A DNA stretch of 63,417 bases from Deltaproteobacteria bacterium (GCA_013151235.1 JAADIO010000011.1:1-63417), one strand, 5' to 3'. Counted from the first letter of the stretch, positions 46,209 to 57,433 are shown. Numbers and translations are program-made. The notes: generated by a model not told the origin, from the letters alone.

Positions 46209-47309
46209 TCATCGTTCCTCTGCCATCATCCGTTCCAGATCGTCCACCAGATCTTTTGCAGCCGCAGGCCGCGCACACTGCCGGGCAGCATTGCTCATCC
46301 GGGCCAGCACCTCCCGGTTTCCCAGCAACTCCCGAACTTCGGCAGACAAGCGCTCCGGGGCCAACTCCTCCTCGGCAATCAGCCTGGCGGCACCGGCCTC
46401 TTCCAGCACCCGGGCGTTCTTGAACTGATGATCGTCGGCCGCATAAGGAAAGGGGATCAGTACCGCAGGAAGTCCCGCCGCACACAGTTCGGAAAGAGCG
46501 ATCGCCCCGGCACGGGAGATGGCCAGATCCGCCGCCTGATAGGCCGGCGCCATTTCGTAGAGATAAGCTTTCACCACCGCCCGGACTCCGGCCTCCCGGT
46601 AAGCCTGTCCTGCCGCTTCCGCATCGGCATCCCCGGTCTGATGGAGGAACTGAATCTCCGGATCGTTTCCTTTCATTTTCCGCACCATCTCCATCACCGC
46701 CGTGTTCACTGCATGCGCTCCCCGGCTTCCGCCGATGACCAGGACCAAGGGAAGTTCCGGGTCCAGACCGAAGAAGGTTCTGGCCGATCCGGAGTCCCCT
46801 TCCCATTGAAGCGATCGGATCGGATTGCCGAGCTTCCGCACCTTCCGCTTCGGAAAAGATTCCGCCGCTTCGTCGTAGGCGGTATAAACCCGGTCTGCAA
46901 TCCATCCCAGGAGGCGGTTCGTCAAACCGGGGACACTGTTCTGTTCCTGAAGAACGATCCTCCGGCCGGACAAAAACCCCCCGAAAGCCAGAGGACCCGA
47001 GGCATACCCGCCGACGCCGACCACCACATCGGGCCGGAAGGACCTCAGGATCGACAGGGAACGGAGAAGGGCAAAGGGAAGTTGCAGAAACGCCCGCAGC
47101 TGTTCCCCTTTTCTCTTTCCCTTCAGACCACTCACGGGAATCGTTTCCAAATCAAACCCCTCTTTCGGGAGGATCCGGGTTTCCAGTCCTCCCTCCGTAC
47201 CGACAAAAAGGATCGCACCTTCGGGATCCCGGCGGAGGATCTCCCGGGCCAGCGTGATCCCCGGATAGAGATGACCTCCCGTTCCCCCGCCGGCAATAAC
47301 GGCCCTCAT
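46209..47309 (-). CDS. murG: Lipid II N-acetylglucosaminyltransferase
   Basis: AGGGTGGH, GGYAS, EQN, GNPIR, GGSRGA, RAGA, HQFKNA; ATG 47309 overlaps the ftsW stop. Confidence 0.96.
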   Translation of the reverse strand: MRAVIAGGGTGGHLYPGITLAREILRRDPEGAILFVGTEGGLETRILPKEGFDLETIPVSGLKGKRKGEQLRAFLQLPFALLRSLSILRSFRPDVVVGVGGYASGPLAFGGFLSGRRIVLQEQNSVPGLTNRLLGWIADRVYTAYDEAAESFPKRKVRKLGNPIRSLQWEGDSGSARTFFGLDPELPLVLVIGGSRGAHAVNTAVMEMVRKMKGNDPEIQFLHQTGDADAEAAGQAYREAGVRAVVKAYLYEMAPAYQAADLAISRAGAIALSELCAAGLPAVLIPFPYAADDHQFKNARVLEEAGAARLIAEEELAPERLSAEVRELLGNREVLARMSNAARQCARPAAAKDLVDDLERMMAEER

Positions 47310-48400
47310 CTTTCCCGCGTCCACTTCGAGATATTCAAAAGAATCCCGACTCCGATAAAGGTCATGAGGAGCGAAGATCCTCCATAACTGAGCAGCGGCA
47401 GGGTCAACCCCTTCGTCGGCAGCAGGCCGACAACCACGCTCAGGTTTAACAGTGCCTGGATGGAAACCATCCCCGTCAACCCAAGGGCGAGATAGCGGCC
47501 GAAGGGGTCGACGGACCGAAGGGCGATCAGCATCCCCCGGTACAAAAAGATCGCAAAGGCCGCCACCACGATGACCGCCCCGATAAAGCCGAGTTCCTCT
47601 CCGATGATGGCAAAGATGAAATCGGTGTGCGGCTCCGGCAGGAACAGTCGTTCCTGATGTCCCTGGGCAAGACCTGTCCCGATCACCCCCCCGCTGCCGA
47701 TGGCGAGAAAGGACTGGATAATCTGGAACCCCGCACCGGCGGCATCCTTCCAGGGATGCAGAAAGGCCATGAAACGGCGGCGCCGGTAGGCCGCTCCCAT
47801 GATCAGAACATAGAGGAGAGGAATCGACACGAGAACGAGCGAAAAGAGGTAGCGAAGCCGCGTCCCCGCCATGAAGAGCATCAGCATGACCACCGCAGCA
47901 AGACTGACGGCCGTCCCGAGATCGGGCTGCAAAAGCATGAGCATGAAAAAGACTCCCAGGATGACCACGTAGGGGGTAAAACCGTAGGCGAAGTCCTTGA
48001 TCTTTCCCTCCTTTTTCTTCAGGGAATGCGCCATGTAGAGGATCAAGCCCAGCTTGGTCATCTCCGACGGCTGGAACTTCACCCCGCCGACCTGCAGCCA
48101 CCGCTGGGCTCCGCCGACCTTGACCCCGATGCCGGGGATCAGGACCAGGATCATCAGGAACAGACAGAGTCCCAGAAAGGGAAAAACGAAATAACGAAGA
48201 TGGACATAGTTGAAATTTGCAGCGAGGAACATCCCGCAAAGCCCGAGGAGTGCGAAGATCATCTCCCGCTTCAGAAAAAAGTATTCATCGTGGTAGAGGT
48301 CCATGGCCATGTAGGCGCTGGCTGAATAGACCATGACCACCCCCAGAACACAGAGGAAGAGAACATCGGCCATGAGAATCTTGTCAAAGGACTTCTTCAT
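47306..48400 (-). CDS. ftsW: Peptidoglycan glycosyltransferase FtsW
   Basis: MVYSAS, GAQRW, QPSE, QPDLGT, LPEPHTDFIF, LPTKG, SYGGSS. Confidence 0.96.
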   Translation of the reverse strand: MKKSFDKILMADVLFLCVLGVVMVYSASAYMAMDLYHDEYFFLKREMIFALLGLCGMFLAANFNYVHLRYFVFPFLGLCLFLMILVLIPGIGVKVGGAQRWLQVGGVKFQPSEMTKLGLILYMAHSLKKKEGKIKDFAYGFTPYVVILGVFFMLMLLQPDLGTAVSLAAVVMLMLFMAGTRLRYLFSLVLVSIPLLYVLIMGAAYRRRRFMAFLHPWKDAAGAGFQIIQSFLAIGSGGVIGTGLAQGHQERLFLPEPHTDFIFAIIGEELGFIGAVIVVAAFAIFLYRGMLIALRSVDPFGRYLALGLTGMVSIQALLNLSVVVGLLPTKGLTLPLLSYGGSSLLMTFIGVGILLNISKWTRER

Positions 48401-49752
48401 TGTTCACCCTTCAAGCGCGCGACCTCGGCGCAGAAAACCGCTCCCCGTTCCTCGAAATCGGTGAACATGTCAAAACTGGCGCACCCCGGAGAAAGGAGAA
48501 CGACATCACCCGGATGGGCCGACTCAAAAGCTCTCCGCACGGCCTCTTCCATCGACGCCGCACGTTCAATCCTCGTCGTACCGGTCAGGTCCTGCTCCAT
48601 CCGGTTCGCCGCCTCCCCGATCAGAACGAGCGTCGCGACCCTTTCGGTTACGGCCGTCCGCAGATCCCGGTAATCGCTCCCCTTGCCCTGCCCCCCCGCA
48701 ATGAGGTGGACCGGGACCTTGATGCTCTCCAGGGAACGGACCACGGCGCCCACATTGGTCCCCTTGGAATCGTTGATGAACCGGACCCCCGCCACTTCCC
48801 CGACCGACTCCATCCGGTGGGGCAGACCCGGAAATTCCTGCAAAGCCGACCGGACCGCCGAAAGCGTGCAGCCGGAGACCAGGGCCGCGGCGGAAGCGGC
48901 CAGGGCATTCTCCAGGTTATGGAGACCGGGGATCCGGATCGCCTCAACGGGAAGGATCTCTCCCCGGAACAGCGGAAGTTCGGAGATCATTTTGCCTCCT
49001 GCGGCATAAACTCCCCCGGCAACTTCCCGCTGCCGGCTCACCGGCACAACCTGTGCCCGAAGGTCTCCGGCCAGAGCGACACAGCGGTCGTCATCAAAAT
49101 TCATCACGGCAAAGTCACCTTCCCCCTGATTCCTGAAGATGCGGGCCTTGGCGGCGGCATACTCTTCCATCCCTGGATAACGATTGAGATGGTCCGGCGA
49201 CAGGTTCAACAGGACCGCCACATGGGAACGGAAGGAGGCGATCCCTTCCAACTGAAAACTGCTCAGTTCAACCACCCGGTCGGGAGGCGCTCCCTCGTTC
49301 CCGACAAGACTCGTCAGGGGGGTCCCGATGTTCCCGCAAACGTCGACTTCGCGTCCATCCGCCCGCAGCATGGCGCCGATCAGCGAGGTCGTCGTCGATT
49401 TTCCGTTCGTGCCGGTCACCCCGATGTAGGTTCCCGGAAGGAGACGATAGCCAAGCTCAACCTCGCTGATGATCTCCACCCCTTTCTTTCGGGCTTCCAT
49501 GAGAGGGCCGGTTGACAGGGGAACGCCGGGACTTACCACGATCAGGTCCGCATCCATGAAGTCCGTCTCTCCGTGGCCGCCCGTCTCCACGGAAATACCC
49601 GGAGAAAGTTGCGCCAGAGCGGACGAAAGAAGATCCCTCGGTTTGGCATCGGTCACCCGGACGTGCGCACCTCGATCCAGAAGGACGTTGGCCGCGGCAA
49701 TCCCGGAACGGGCCAGCCCCACCACAACGATCTTCTTTTCCCGGACGTCCAT
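48397..49752 (-). CDS. murD: UDP-MurNAc-L-Ala--D-glutamate ligase
   Basis: GLARSG, SPGVP, TGTNGKSTTT, ELSSFQL, NDSKGTN, SPGCASFD. Confidence 0.96.
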   Translation of the reverse strand: MDVREKKIVVVGLARSGIAAANVLLDRGAHVRVTDAKPRDLLSSALAQLSPGISVETGGHGETDFMDADLIVVSPGVPLSTGPLMEARKKGVEIISEVELGYRLLPGTYIGVTGTNGKSTTTSLIGAMLRADGREVDVCGNIGTPLTSLVGNEGAPPDRVVELSSFQLEGIASFRSHVAVLLNLSPDHLNRYPGMEEYAAAKARIFRNQGEGDFAVMNFDDDRCVALAGDLRAQVVPVSRQREVAGGVYAAGGKMISELPLFRGEILPVEAIRIPGLHNLENALAASAAALVSGCTLSAVRSALQEFPGLPHRMESVGEVAGVRFINDSKGTNVGAVVRSLESIKVPVHLIAGGQGKGSDYRDLRTAVTERVATLVLIGEAANRMEQDLTGTTRIERAASMEEAVRRAFESAHPGDVVLLSPGCASFDMFTDFEERGAVFCAEVARLKGEQ

Positions 49753-49812
49753 CTCCAATCGGCCTTCCACGTTTAAGGTCTGCACTTCGGTTCGTCTTCC
49801 TTATTCCGGCGG

Positions 49813-50895
49813 TTATCGCAGCTTCAGTGTTCCCAGGGCCATGAGGGCCAGGATGATCGAAATGATCCAGAACCGCACAATGATTTTCGGCTCCGCCCAT
49901 CCCTTCAGTTCATAGTGGTGATGGATCGGCGCCATTTTGAAGACCCGCCTGCCCGTCAGCTTAAAACTGGCCACCTGGATGATCACCGATAATGCCTCGA
50001 TCACAAAGATCCCGCCGATCAGGATCAACAGGATCTCATGCTTGCTGATCACCGCCACCGTACCGATCGCCGCGCCCAACGCAAGGGACCCGATATCCCC
50101 CATAAAAACCGAGGCGGGATAGGTATTGAACCAGAGAAAACCGAGACTGGCGCCGGTCATGGAAAAGCAGAAGAGGGTGAGTTCCCCCACCCCCTTGACA
50201 TAGGGGATCTGGAGATAATTGGCGAACTTCACATTCCCGGTGGCATAGACGATGACGGCATAGACGAGAGAGGCGATCATCACCGGCCCGATGGCAAGTC
50301 CGTCAAGTCCGTCGGTAAGATTCACGGCGTTGGACGTTCCCACAATAACGAACATGGCAAAGGGAAGATAGAACCATCCCAGGTCGGGCATCGCCTTCTT
50401 GAAAAACGGAAGAGGCAGGCTGGTGGTAATGGAGTCCTCCGGATAAAGGATCAGGATCAGGCAGATCACAAAGGAGAGAACAATCTGAAGGGCGAACTTC
50501 TCCCGGGGGCGAAGACCTTCGGAACGATTCTTCGCAAGTTTGATGGAATCGTCGAGTAAACCGATCAGCCCGAATCCGAGAGTGGCCGTCAGGACCAACC
50601 AGACATACCGGTTGGTCAGATCCGCCCAGAGGAGCATCGAGACAAAAATGGAGATCAGGATCAGCAGTCCCCCCATGGTCGGGGTCCCCGATTTTTTCTG
50701 ATGGTTCTGCGGACCGAGCATCCGGATCTTCTGCCCGACATGATACTGTTTCAGACGATTGATCAGGAAGGGACCGACGGCCAGGCTGACCAGCAGAGAG
50801 GTCAGGGCCGCAACAACGGTCCGGAAGGTGATATACCGGAAGACGTTGAAAATCTTAATCGATTCATGTAATGGATAGAGGAGATGATAGAGCAT
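49813..50895 (-). CDS. mraY: Phospho-MurNAc-pentapeptide transferase
   Basis: [31 protein letters not shown]. Confidence 0.97.
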   Translation of the reverse strand: MLYHLLYPLHESIKIFNVFRYITFRTVVAALTSLLVSLAVGPFLINRLKQYHVGQKIRMLGPQNHQKKSGTPTMGGLLILISIFVSMLLWADLTNRYVWLVLTATLGFGLIGLLDDSIKLAKNRSEGLRPREKFALQIVLSFVICLILILYPEDSITTSLPLPFFKKAMPDLGWFYLPFAMFVIVGTSNAVNLTDGLDGLAIGPVMIASLVYAVIVYATGNVKFANYLQIPYVKGVGELTLFCFSMTGASLGFLWFNTYPASVFMGDIGSLALGAAIGTVAVISKHEILLILIGGIFVIEALSVIIQVASFKLTGRRVFKMAPIHHHYELKGWAEPKIIVRFWIISIILALMALGTLKLR

Positions 50896-50984
50896 TTCTG
50901 TTTCTCAACCCTTCCGGATGCACACAAAAAGAGGACAAAACACCGCCTCCCGGCGCTGCCCCTCCCGGTTCCCGAACAATTGCC

Positions 50985-52388
50985 TTACTCCGTATTTCTC
51001 AATTCTTCCACAATCTTTTCCAACCCCACTCCCCGGGAGGCCTTGATCAGGACCCGGTCCCGGGTTTCCAGGATCTTCACCAGATTATCAAAGGCTTCCC
51101 GTGCATCCGCACAGCATGCCACATGATGTTCATCCATCCCGCAGCGTTGCGCCTCGTCGGCAATCCATCGGGCCTGCGTCCCCACGGCAATGAGACGGGC
51201 AATCGGACCTTCGGCGATCATCCGGCCGACCGTCCGGTGTGCCGTTTCACTGAAGTCACCTAATTCCAGCATGTCGCCCAAGACGGCGATATTTCTCCGG
51301 TTCCCGCCAAGGTCCGCCACGGTCTGCAGGGCCGCCGTCACCGAAGCCGGATTGGCATTGTAGGCATCGTTGATCACTTCGGTTCCTCCGGGCAGGAGGA
51401 AGGATTCCCACCGCATCCCGGGGAGAGTACAGTCAGCAAGCCCTTGTTGGATCTCGGGAAGTGGGACTCCTGCAACCAGCGAGGCGGCGGCCGCAGCCAG
51501 AGCGTTACCGACCTGGTGCCGTCCCGGTTTCGACAGCCGAACGGCAACCTCTTCCCCTTGATAAGAGAGTCGAAAATGAACCGCCCCTCCCTCTCCGGAG
51601 GTAATCTCCGCCGCCCTTACATCCGATGAAGGATGGATCCCGAAAGTGATCACCCGTCCCCGAACCTTCTCCGCCAGGGCATAAACCCTGGGATCGTCCC
51701 GGTTCAGGACCGCCCAGCCATCTTCGGGAAGATCATCGAGGATCTCCGCCTTGGCCCGGGCAATCTCCTCAACGTTTTTCAGGATCATCAGGTGCGCCGC
51801 CGAAACGTTGGTAATCACCACAATGTTGGGCCGGGCGATCTCCCGAAGACGAGTAATCTCTCCGCTCCCGCTCATCCCGAATTCCACTACCGCCGCCCGG
51901 GTTTCCGGCCCGAGGCCGAAAAGACTCAAGGGAACCCCGATATGATTGTTCAGGTTCCCCAGGGAACGGTGGGTCTTACGGCCGATCCTGAGGATGGAGT
52001 AGATCATCTCTTTGGTTGAGGTCTTGCCGTTGGTCCCCGTGACCGCCACCAAGGGGAGCGAAAACTGCATCCGGTGATAATGGGCCAGGTCCTGCAGCGC
52101 CCGCAGCGTGTCGGGAACGGCAATCAGGCTCGCTTCGCTGAGGGAGGCATGCTCCGGGTCCGGCGCCTCCGGCGCCCACCCCTCCCGCACGATCCGGCCC
52201 AGTGCCCCCTTCTTCAGGGCCTCCCCGGAAAAATCATGGCCGTCAAAACGTTCCCCGCGAATCGCGACGAAGAGTTCACCGCCCCGGATGGTCCTCGAGT
52301 TGATCTCCACGCCGGTGAAACGGAGATCCTTCCCTCCCCGGAGGAGCTTTCCGCCCGTCGCCTTCAGGACATCCGCCGTCGTCAGCAA
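50985..52388 (-). CDS. murF: UDP-MurNAc-tripeptide--D-Ala-D-Ala ligase
   Basis: RFDGH, TGTNGKTSTK, NNHIGVP, DAYNANP, LGDMLELG, KASRG; TTG start chosen from GAGGA RBS (ORF open to 52433). Confidence 0.93.
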   Translation of the reverse strand: MLTTADVLKATGGKLLRGGKDLRFTGVEINSRTIRGGELFVAIRGERFDGHDFSGEALKKGALGRIVREGWAPEAPDPEHASLSEASLIAVPDTLRALQDLAHYHRMQFSLPLVAVTGTNGKTSTKEMIYSILRIGRKTHRSLGNLNNHIGVPLSLFGLGPETRAAVVEFGMSGSGEITRLREIARPNIVVITNVSAAHLMILKNVEEIARAKAEILDDLPEDGWAVLNRDDPRVYALAEKVRGRVITFGIHPSSDVRAAEITSGEGGAVHFRLSYQGEEVAVRLSKPGRHQVGNALAAAAASLVAGVPLPEIQQGLADCTLPGMRWESFLLPGGTEVINDAYNANPASVTAALQTVADLGGNRRNIAVLGDMLELGDFSETAHRTVGRMIAEGPIARLIAVGTQARWIADEAQRCGMDEHHVACCADAREAFDNLVKILETRDRVLIKASRGVGLEKIVEELRNTE

Positions 52389-52398
52389 CTTTCGTTCC

Positions 52399-53880
52399 TC
52401 ATAACGTAAACCTGCATCCGTAATCTTGTGCAATGACTTTTCTCACCTCTTCCCGATCGTCAAAATGAAACCGCTTCTCCCCGATAATCTGGTAGTCTTC
52501 ATGCCCCTTCCCGGCCACGACCACGATGTCCCCCGCTTCCGCCGACGAGACTCCCTGCCGAATCGCCTCCCGACGGTCCCCGATCACCTCCACGGCAGAT
52601 CGTCGATCTTCTCCGATCCCGGTGAGGATCTCCCCAAGAATGGCGCCGGGGTCCTCGGTCCTCGGATTATCGGACGTCACGATCACCCGGTCGGAGAGCC
52701 GGGCGGCTACCGCTCCCATGAGAGGCCGCTTCCCCCGGTCCCGGTCCCCGCCGCACCCGAAGACGGTAATCACCCGACCCCGGCAGACTTCCCGAACCGT
52801 CTTCAACAAATTCCGCAGGGCATCGTCGGTATGGGCATAGTCCACCACCACCGTAAAACCCGCCCCGGAAATCTTTTCAAACCTCCCCGGCACGACGGAA
52901 AGACCGGCAATCCCTTCCTGCAGGATCTTCGCCGGAAGACCGAGAGTCACACCGGCTGCCACCGCAGCCAACAGGTTGGCAACATTGTAACTCCCGCTCA
53001 GAGTCGATTCGATTGCGATCGTACCGACCGGCGTTTTGACCGTCAGGGTCAGGCCATCGATGGTATTGTGAAACTGCTCAACCTGGAAATCCGCCTTCTC
53101 GTACAAGGCAAAGGTCCGGACCTCTCCTTTCGTCTCCTGCACCAGCCGACGTCCCCAGGGATCATCAACATTGATCAGGGAGACCGTCTCTTCCTTGACA
53201 TAGGTTTCCGTGAAAAGTTCAGCCTTGGCATGATAGTAGTTCTCCATGGTTTCATGAAAGTCCAGGTGGTCCCGGGTCAGGTTCGTGAAGACCCGAAGAT
53301 CAAAACAACATTCCCGCACCCGTCCGATCGCCAGGGCATGGGAGGAGACCTCCAGAACAGCCGCCGTCATCCCCGTTTCCTTCATCCGGTGGAGCAACTG
53401 CTGCACCTGTAACGACCGGGGCGTGGTATTGGGGGCCGGCAGGGTCTTACCACCCACCTCGTAACGAAGCGTCCCGATCAACCCCGCCGGACGACCGGCG
53501 GCCTTCAGAATGCTCTGGATCAAGAGAGAGACCGTCGTTTTCCCGTTGGTCCCGGTAATCCCGACGGTGGTCAATTCCCGGGAAGGATATCCCCAGAAAG
53601 CCGCGGAAACCCGGGCCAGGGCATCGACCGTATCAGGGACACGGACGGCGGCAACGCGCTCTAAAGGTTTCGCTTCTTGCAGGATCACCGCCACAGCCCC
53701 TCTTTCAATCGCTTCCCCGATATGTGCATGTCCATCGGTATGCTCCCCTTTCACCGCCACAAAGAGATCGCCCGGCTCCACCTGCCGGGAGTCATCCCGG
53801 ATGGAAGAGATCTCAATGCCCTCCGCTTCGCCCTGAACCTCCGCACCCGGAAGCGCCTGCAGAAGATCCACTAACAGCAT
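52399..53880 (-). CDS. murE: UDP-MurNAc-dipeptide--meso-diaminopimelate ligase
   Basis: TGTNGKTT, EVSSH, DHLDFH, DYAHT, DNPR (mDAP specificity), GKGHE. Confidence 0.96.
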   Translation of the reverse strand: MLLVDLLQALPGAEVQGEAEGIEISSIRDDSRQVEPGDLFVAVKGEHTDGHAHIGEAIERGAVAVILQEAKPLERVAAVRVPDTVDALARVSAAFWGYPSRELTTVGITGTNGKTTVSLLIQSILKAAGRPAGLIGTLRYEVGGKTLPAPNTTPRSLQVQQLLHRMKETGMTAAVLEVSSHALAIGRVRECCFDLRVFTNLTRDHLDFHETMENYYHAKAELFTETYVKEETVSLINVDDPWGRRLVQETKGEVRTFALYEKADFQVEQFHNTIDGLTLTVKTPVGTIAIESTLSGSYNVANLLAAVAAGVTLGLPAKILQEGIAGLSVVPGRFEKISGAGFTVVVDYAHTDDALRNLLKTVREVCRGRVITVFGCGGDRDRGKRPLMGAVAARLSDRVIVTSDNPRTEDPGAILGEILTGIGEDRRSAVEVIGDRREAIRQGVSSAEAGDIVVVAGKGHEDYQIIGEKRFHFDDREEVRKVIAQDYGCRFTL

Positions 53881-55652
53881 CACCCGCTCCCATTGACCTG
53901 TGCCAAGGTTGCCTTCCGGTTGTTGCACCGAGTCAGGACCCATTCCGGTGATTGCGGCGGGACCACCCGGAGGTAACGGAGGGTCCGTTCCGCAATCCGC
54001 CGAAAAGCCGGCGCCGCCACAAGGCCGCCGTAGTAGTATCTTCCATGAGGTTCATTCACCACGACGATCAGTGCGAATTCCGGCCGGTCGACCGGGACAA
54101 AACCGACAAAGGAGCCGATATAATCCTTCCGGGAATACCGTCCCAGTTCGGGATCGAATTTCTGGGCCGTCCCCGTCTTCCCGGCCACCCGGAATCCCGG
54201 AACCCCGGCTTTCGGCGCCGTCCCCCCTTCCGAGACCACCGCCTCCATACACCGGATGAGGAAATCCGCCGTCTGACGCGAGATCACCCGCCGACGAACC
54301 TGGGGAGGGAATTTCCGCACGACGTTTCGGTCCTCGTCGATCACCCGTGAAACCACATAGGGCTGCATCCGGACCCCTTCGTTGGCAATGGTGGCCACGG
54401 CGGAAACAACCTGGAGCGCCGTCACCGAAAGCTCCTGCCCCATGGAAAGCGAGGCCTCGGAGAGTCCCGACCACTCTTTCGTGGGACGCACCATGCCGTT
54501 TGCCTCGCCGGGGAGATCGATCCCGGTCTTCTTCCCGAAACCGAAGTCGGTGATGTAACGGTAAAAATCCTTTTCATCAAGATGTTCTCCGATCTTGATC
54601 GCTCCGATGTTACTGCTCCGCTGGAGGATCTGCCGGACGGTGAGCCATCCATATTCATGGGTATCATGATAGATGGTGGTACGGAACCGATAGGCGCCGT
54701 TTTCGCAGTAAAAGATATCCTTCGGATGAATCACACCCCGGTCGAGAGCGGCAGCCAGTGTCACAAGTTTAAAGGTGGAACCGGGCTCGAAGTTTTCCTG
54801 GATCGCCAGATTTCTGCGATCCCGGGCAGAAGCTTCACAAAACTTGTTCGGGTCGAACCCGGGATAGCTCGCCATGGCGAGGATCTCGCCGGTTTGCGGA
54901 CGGATCATCACCGCCGTCCCGGAGAGGGCCTGGTTCTCTTCGACGGCATTTTTCAGTTCCTCCTCCGCAATGTGCTGGATCACCCGGTCGAGGGTCAGGA
55001 CCAGGTGATTCGCCCCTGCAGGTTTGATAAATCCTTCCCCTTCATCCATGATCTTCCGCCGCTTGGCATCCACACTGGCCAGAAAGTATCCCGGTTTCCC
55101 CTTGAGAAGGGCATCATACTTGTATTCGATCCCTTCGAGACCTTCATTGTCCATCCCGACAATCCCGAGGACGCCTGCGGCCATCGTGCGGTTGGGATAA
55201 AACCGCTTGCTTTCATAGAGGGCATGAATTCCGTTGAGGCCGGCCTGCCCCAATCTTTTCAGAATGGAGGGGTTACATTTCCGGGCGATCCATACAAACT
55301 GTTTCTTCTTCATCAGGCTTTTCAGGATCCGACGGCGGCGCTTCCCGGTCATACGCGCCAGGATCCGGGCGGCGGCCGGCTTGTTCCCGACCTGCGATGG
55401 AACGGCATAGAGGGAAACCGTATCCACACTGATGGCCAGTTCCCGCATCTCCCGGTCGTAGATCGTACCCCGCTTGGGCATGATCTTGACAATTCGCATC
55501 TGCTGTTTCTCCGCCCGTTCCCGTAACTTCCGGTGATCGCGAATCTGGAGAGCGTAAAGACGATAGACCACCAGGGCATATCCGACGGCAAAGAGAGCCA
55601 TCACGAGATACGCCTTGACTGGAAAATAATCTTTCGAGGCTTTTTTTCTCAT
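53880..55652 (-). CDS. ftsI: Cell division transpeptidase PBP3
   Basis: RGTIYDR, EPGSTFK (SxxK), SSN, KTGT; no PASTA domain seen. Confidence 0.95.
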   Translation of the reverse strand: MRKKASKDYFPVKAYLVMALFAVGYALVVYRLYALQIRDHRKLRERAEKQQMRIVKIMPKRGTIYDREMRELAISVDTVSLYAVPSQVGNKPAAARILARMTGKRRRRILKSLMKKKQFVWIARKCNPSILKRLGQAGLNGIHALYESKRFYPNRTMAAGVLGIVGMDNEGLEGIEYKYDALLKGKPGYFLASVDAKRRKIMDEGEGFIKPAGANHLVLTLDRVIQHIAEEELKNAVEENQALSGTAVMIRPQTGEILAMASYPGFDPNKFCEASARDRRNLAIQENFEPGSTFKLVTLAAALDRGVIHPKDIFYCENGAYRFRTTIYHDTHEYGWLTVRQILQRSSNIGAIKIGEHLDEKDFYRYITDFGFGKKTGIDLPGEANGMVRPTKEWSGLSEASLSMGQELSVTALQVVSAVATIANEGVRMQPYVVSRVIDEDRNVVRKFPPQVRRRVISRQTADFLIRCMEAVVSEGGTAPKAGVPGFRVAGKTGTAQKFDPELGRYSRKDYIGSFVGFVPVDRPEFALIVVVNEPHGRYYYGGLVAAPAFRRIAERTLRYLRVVPPQSPEWVLTRCNNRKATLAQVNGSG

Positions 55653-55688
55653 CCTGACTCTCCCCACGGGATACGATCGGGGGTGCGG

Positions 55689-56024
55689 CTACTTGACATA
55701 CAGGATCTGCCCCTCTTCGGGCAGGTGCAGATGCAATTTCTTTCGGGCACGACTCTCCACCCGATCGAGTGAGATCGAAGTCGCATATTCCAGAAGCAGA
55801 TTGCGCTTCTCCTGTTTCAACTTCCGGTTCTGCTCTTTCAGACAGGCAATCTCATAACCAACCCGGACATACTGCGTCCGTTCCCAGACGGAACAAACCC
55901 CGACCAGAACACAGAAAAATACCACGAAGAGAATGGGAAGGCGCACCCGGAGCGGGGTACGGTCCCGCTTGGAAAGGATGTCGATTTTCTGGGTCCCCGT
56001 GAAAACCCTGGGGGCATAATTCAT
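55689..56024 (-). CDS. ftsL: Cell division protein FtsL
   Basis: Single TM plus leucine-zipper coiled coil, RVESRARKKL; between rsmH and ftsI. Confidence 0.85.
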   Translation of the reverse strand: MNYAPRVFTGTQKIDILSKRDRTPLRVRLPILFVVFFCVLVGVCSVWERTQYVRVGYEIACLKEQNRKLKQEKRNLLLEYATSISLDRVESRARKKLHLHLPEEGQILYVK

Positions 56025-56968
56025 TTTTTCTTCCCTCTTTTTTCTGCAATCCGGAGCTTCGCGCTACGAGCGGAAAGGTTCTCCCGCACCTCTTCCTCGG
56101 TGGGGAGGATCGGTCGCCTTGTGACCCGCCGCAGGACCGGCTCTTCCTTACAGACACAGACCGGAAAATCGGGGGGACAGACACACCCCTTCGCCAGCCG
56201 ATGAAAAAACCGTTTTACAATCCGGTCCTCAAGAGAATGAAAGGAAATAACACAGAGCCTTCCACCCTCCCGAAGGAGATCGACGGCCCCGGCCAAACCC
56301 TCCTCCAGCGCCGCAAGCTCTCCATTGACGGCAATCCGCAGGGCCTGAAAGGTCCGGGTCGCCGGATGAATCCTGAACCGACGCGCCCCGGGCAGCGCCT
56401 TCTCCACCAGGTCCGCCAGCTCCTTTGTGGTCCGGATGGGATGATCCTCCCGGACCCGGCAGATAGCATCCACGATGGGACGCCACCGTCTCTCCTCACC
56501 GAAACGGATGAGAATCCCCTTCAGCGTATCCCGATCCTCCCGATTCACCAGATCGCAGGCGGTAGGGATTTCGGCCTGCTGGTCCATCCGCATATCGAGA
56601 GGCGCATCGTGAAGGAAGCTGAACCCCCGTTCCGGCGAAGCCAACTGAAAGGTGGAAACACCGAGGTCCATCAGGATCCCGTCGACAACTTCGATACCCA
56701 GGGTCTCCATCCGGGAGCGAATCTCCCGGAAATTTCCCTGAACCGGCGTAAATTGAGAACCGAACGGGGCAAGTCGTTCCGCAACCCGGACAACCGCCTC
56801 GGAATCGCTGTCGAAACCGACCAGCCGTCCCTCCGGGGAGAGCCGGTTGAGAATTCTCTCTGCATGGCCCCCGCCCCCCAGGGTGCAGTCGACATAGATC
56901 CCGTCCGGATCGATCCGCAAGCCCTCGATCGACTCCTTCCACAACACCGGCAGATGCTTCATGGGCAT
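56021..56968 (-). CDS. rsmH: 16S rRNA m4C1402 methyltransferase
   Basis: HLPVL, DCTLGGGGH, DLGVS, PLDMRM, HPATRTFQALRI, SFHSLEDR, SAKLR. Confidence 0.97.
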   Translation of the reverse strand: MPMKHLPVLWKESIEGLRIDPDGIYVDCTLGGGGHAERILNRLSPEGRLVGFDSDSEAVVRVAERLAPFGSQFTPVQGNFREIRSRMETLGIEVVDGILMDLGVSTFQLASPERGFSFLHDAPLDMRMDQQAEIPTACDLVNREDRDTLKGILIRFGEERRWRPIVDAICRVREDHPIRTTKELADLVEKALPGARRFRIHPATRTFQALRIAVNGELAALEEGLAGAVDLLREGGRLCVISFHSLEDRIVKRFFHRLAKGCVCPPDFPVCVCKEEPVLRRVTRRPILPTEEEVRENLSARSAKLRIAEKRGKKK

Positions 56969-57031
56969 TCGGCATGAAACGTTTTCGCTCCCTGTATCAT
57001 AAGGACCGCCAGGAACGATCGGTTTACCGGA

Positions 57032-57433
57032 CTAATAGATCGTTTGCAGGTTTTTGCCATGGATGACGGCTACATCAAGATCCGTTGCCAGTCGCTCTTT
57101 TTGGATCGCCTGGATACCCCGGCTGCAGTTGGAGAAGTATTTGAAGTCGCTGTAAACACCGACGATCTGGAAGATATTCTTCAGGTATCCACTCATACCG
57201 GAAAGAGCAAGACCCCCGCCGGCATCCTTCTGCTTGCCGGCGGTCTGCGACAATTGCTTCAGACTCAGGAAATTCACATGGCTCACAGCCCCGAGATCGA
57301 GAATGGAAAAGGCATACCCCCTCAAACGGTAACGATCAATAATGGAGCAAATCCTCTTCATGTCCTCTACGTCGATATCACGATCGAGCTTGAGGACCAT
57401 GACCTTCACCTTGTCCTGATTCAGGCTTCCCAT
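57032..57433 (-). CDS. STAS-domain (anti-anti-sigma-like) protein
   Basis: ILDLGAVSHVNFLSL, GGGLALSGMSGYLKNIFQIVG; between mraZ and rsmH. Confidence 0.75.
   Translation of the reverse strand: MGSLNQDKVKVMVLKLDRDIDVEDMKRICSIIDRYRLRGYAFSILDLGAVSHVNFLSLKQLSQTAGKQKDAGGGLALSGMSGYLKNIFQIVGVYSDFKYFSNCSRGIQAIQKERLATDLDVAVIHGKNLQTIY

Noticed and set aside
47310-48239. Apparent 676-aa MurG fusion
   Set aside because: The extra 310 codons are an alternative frame over ftsW; MurG begins at MRAVIAGGG (47309)
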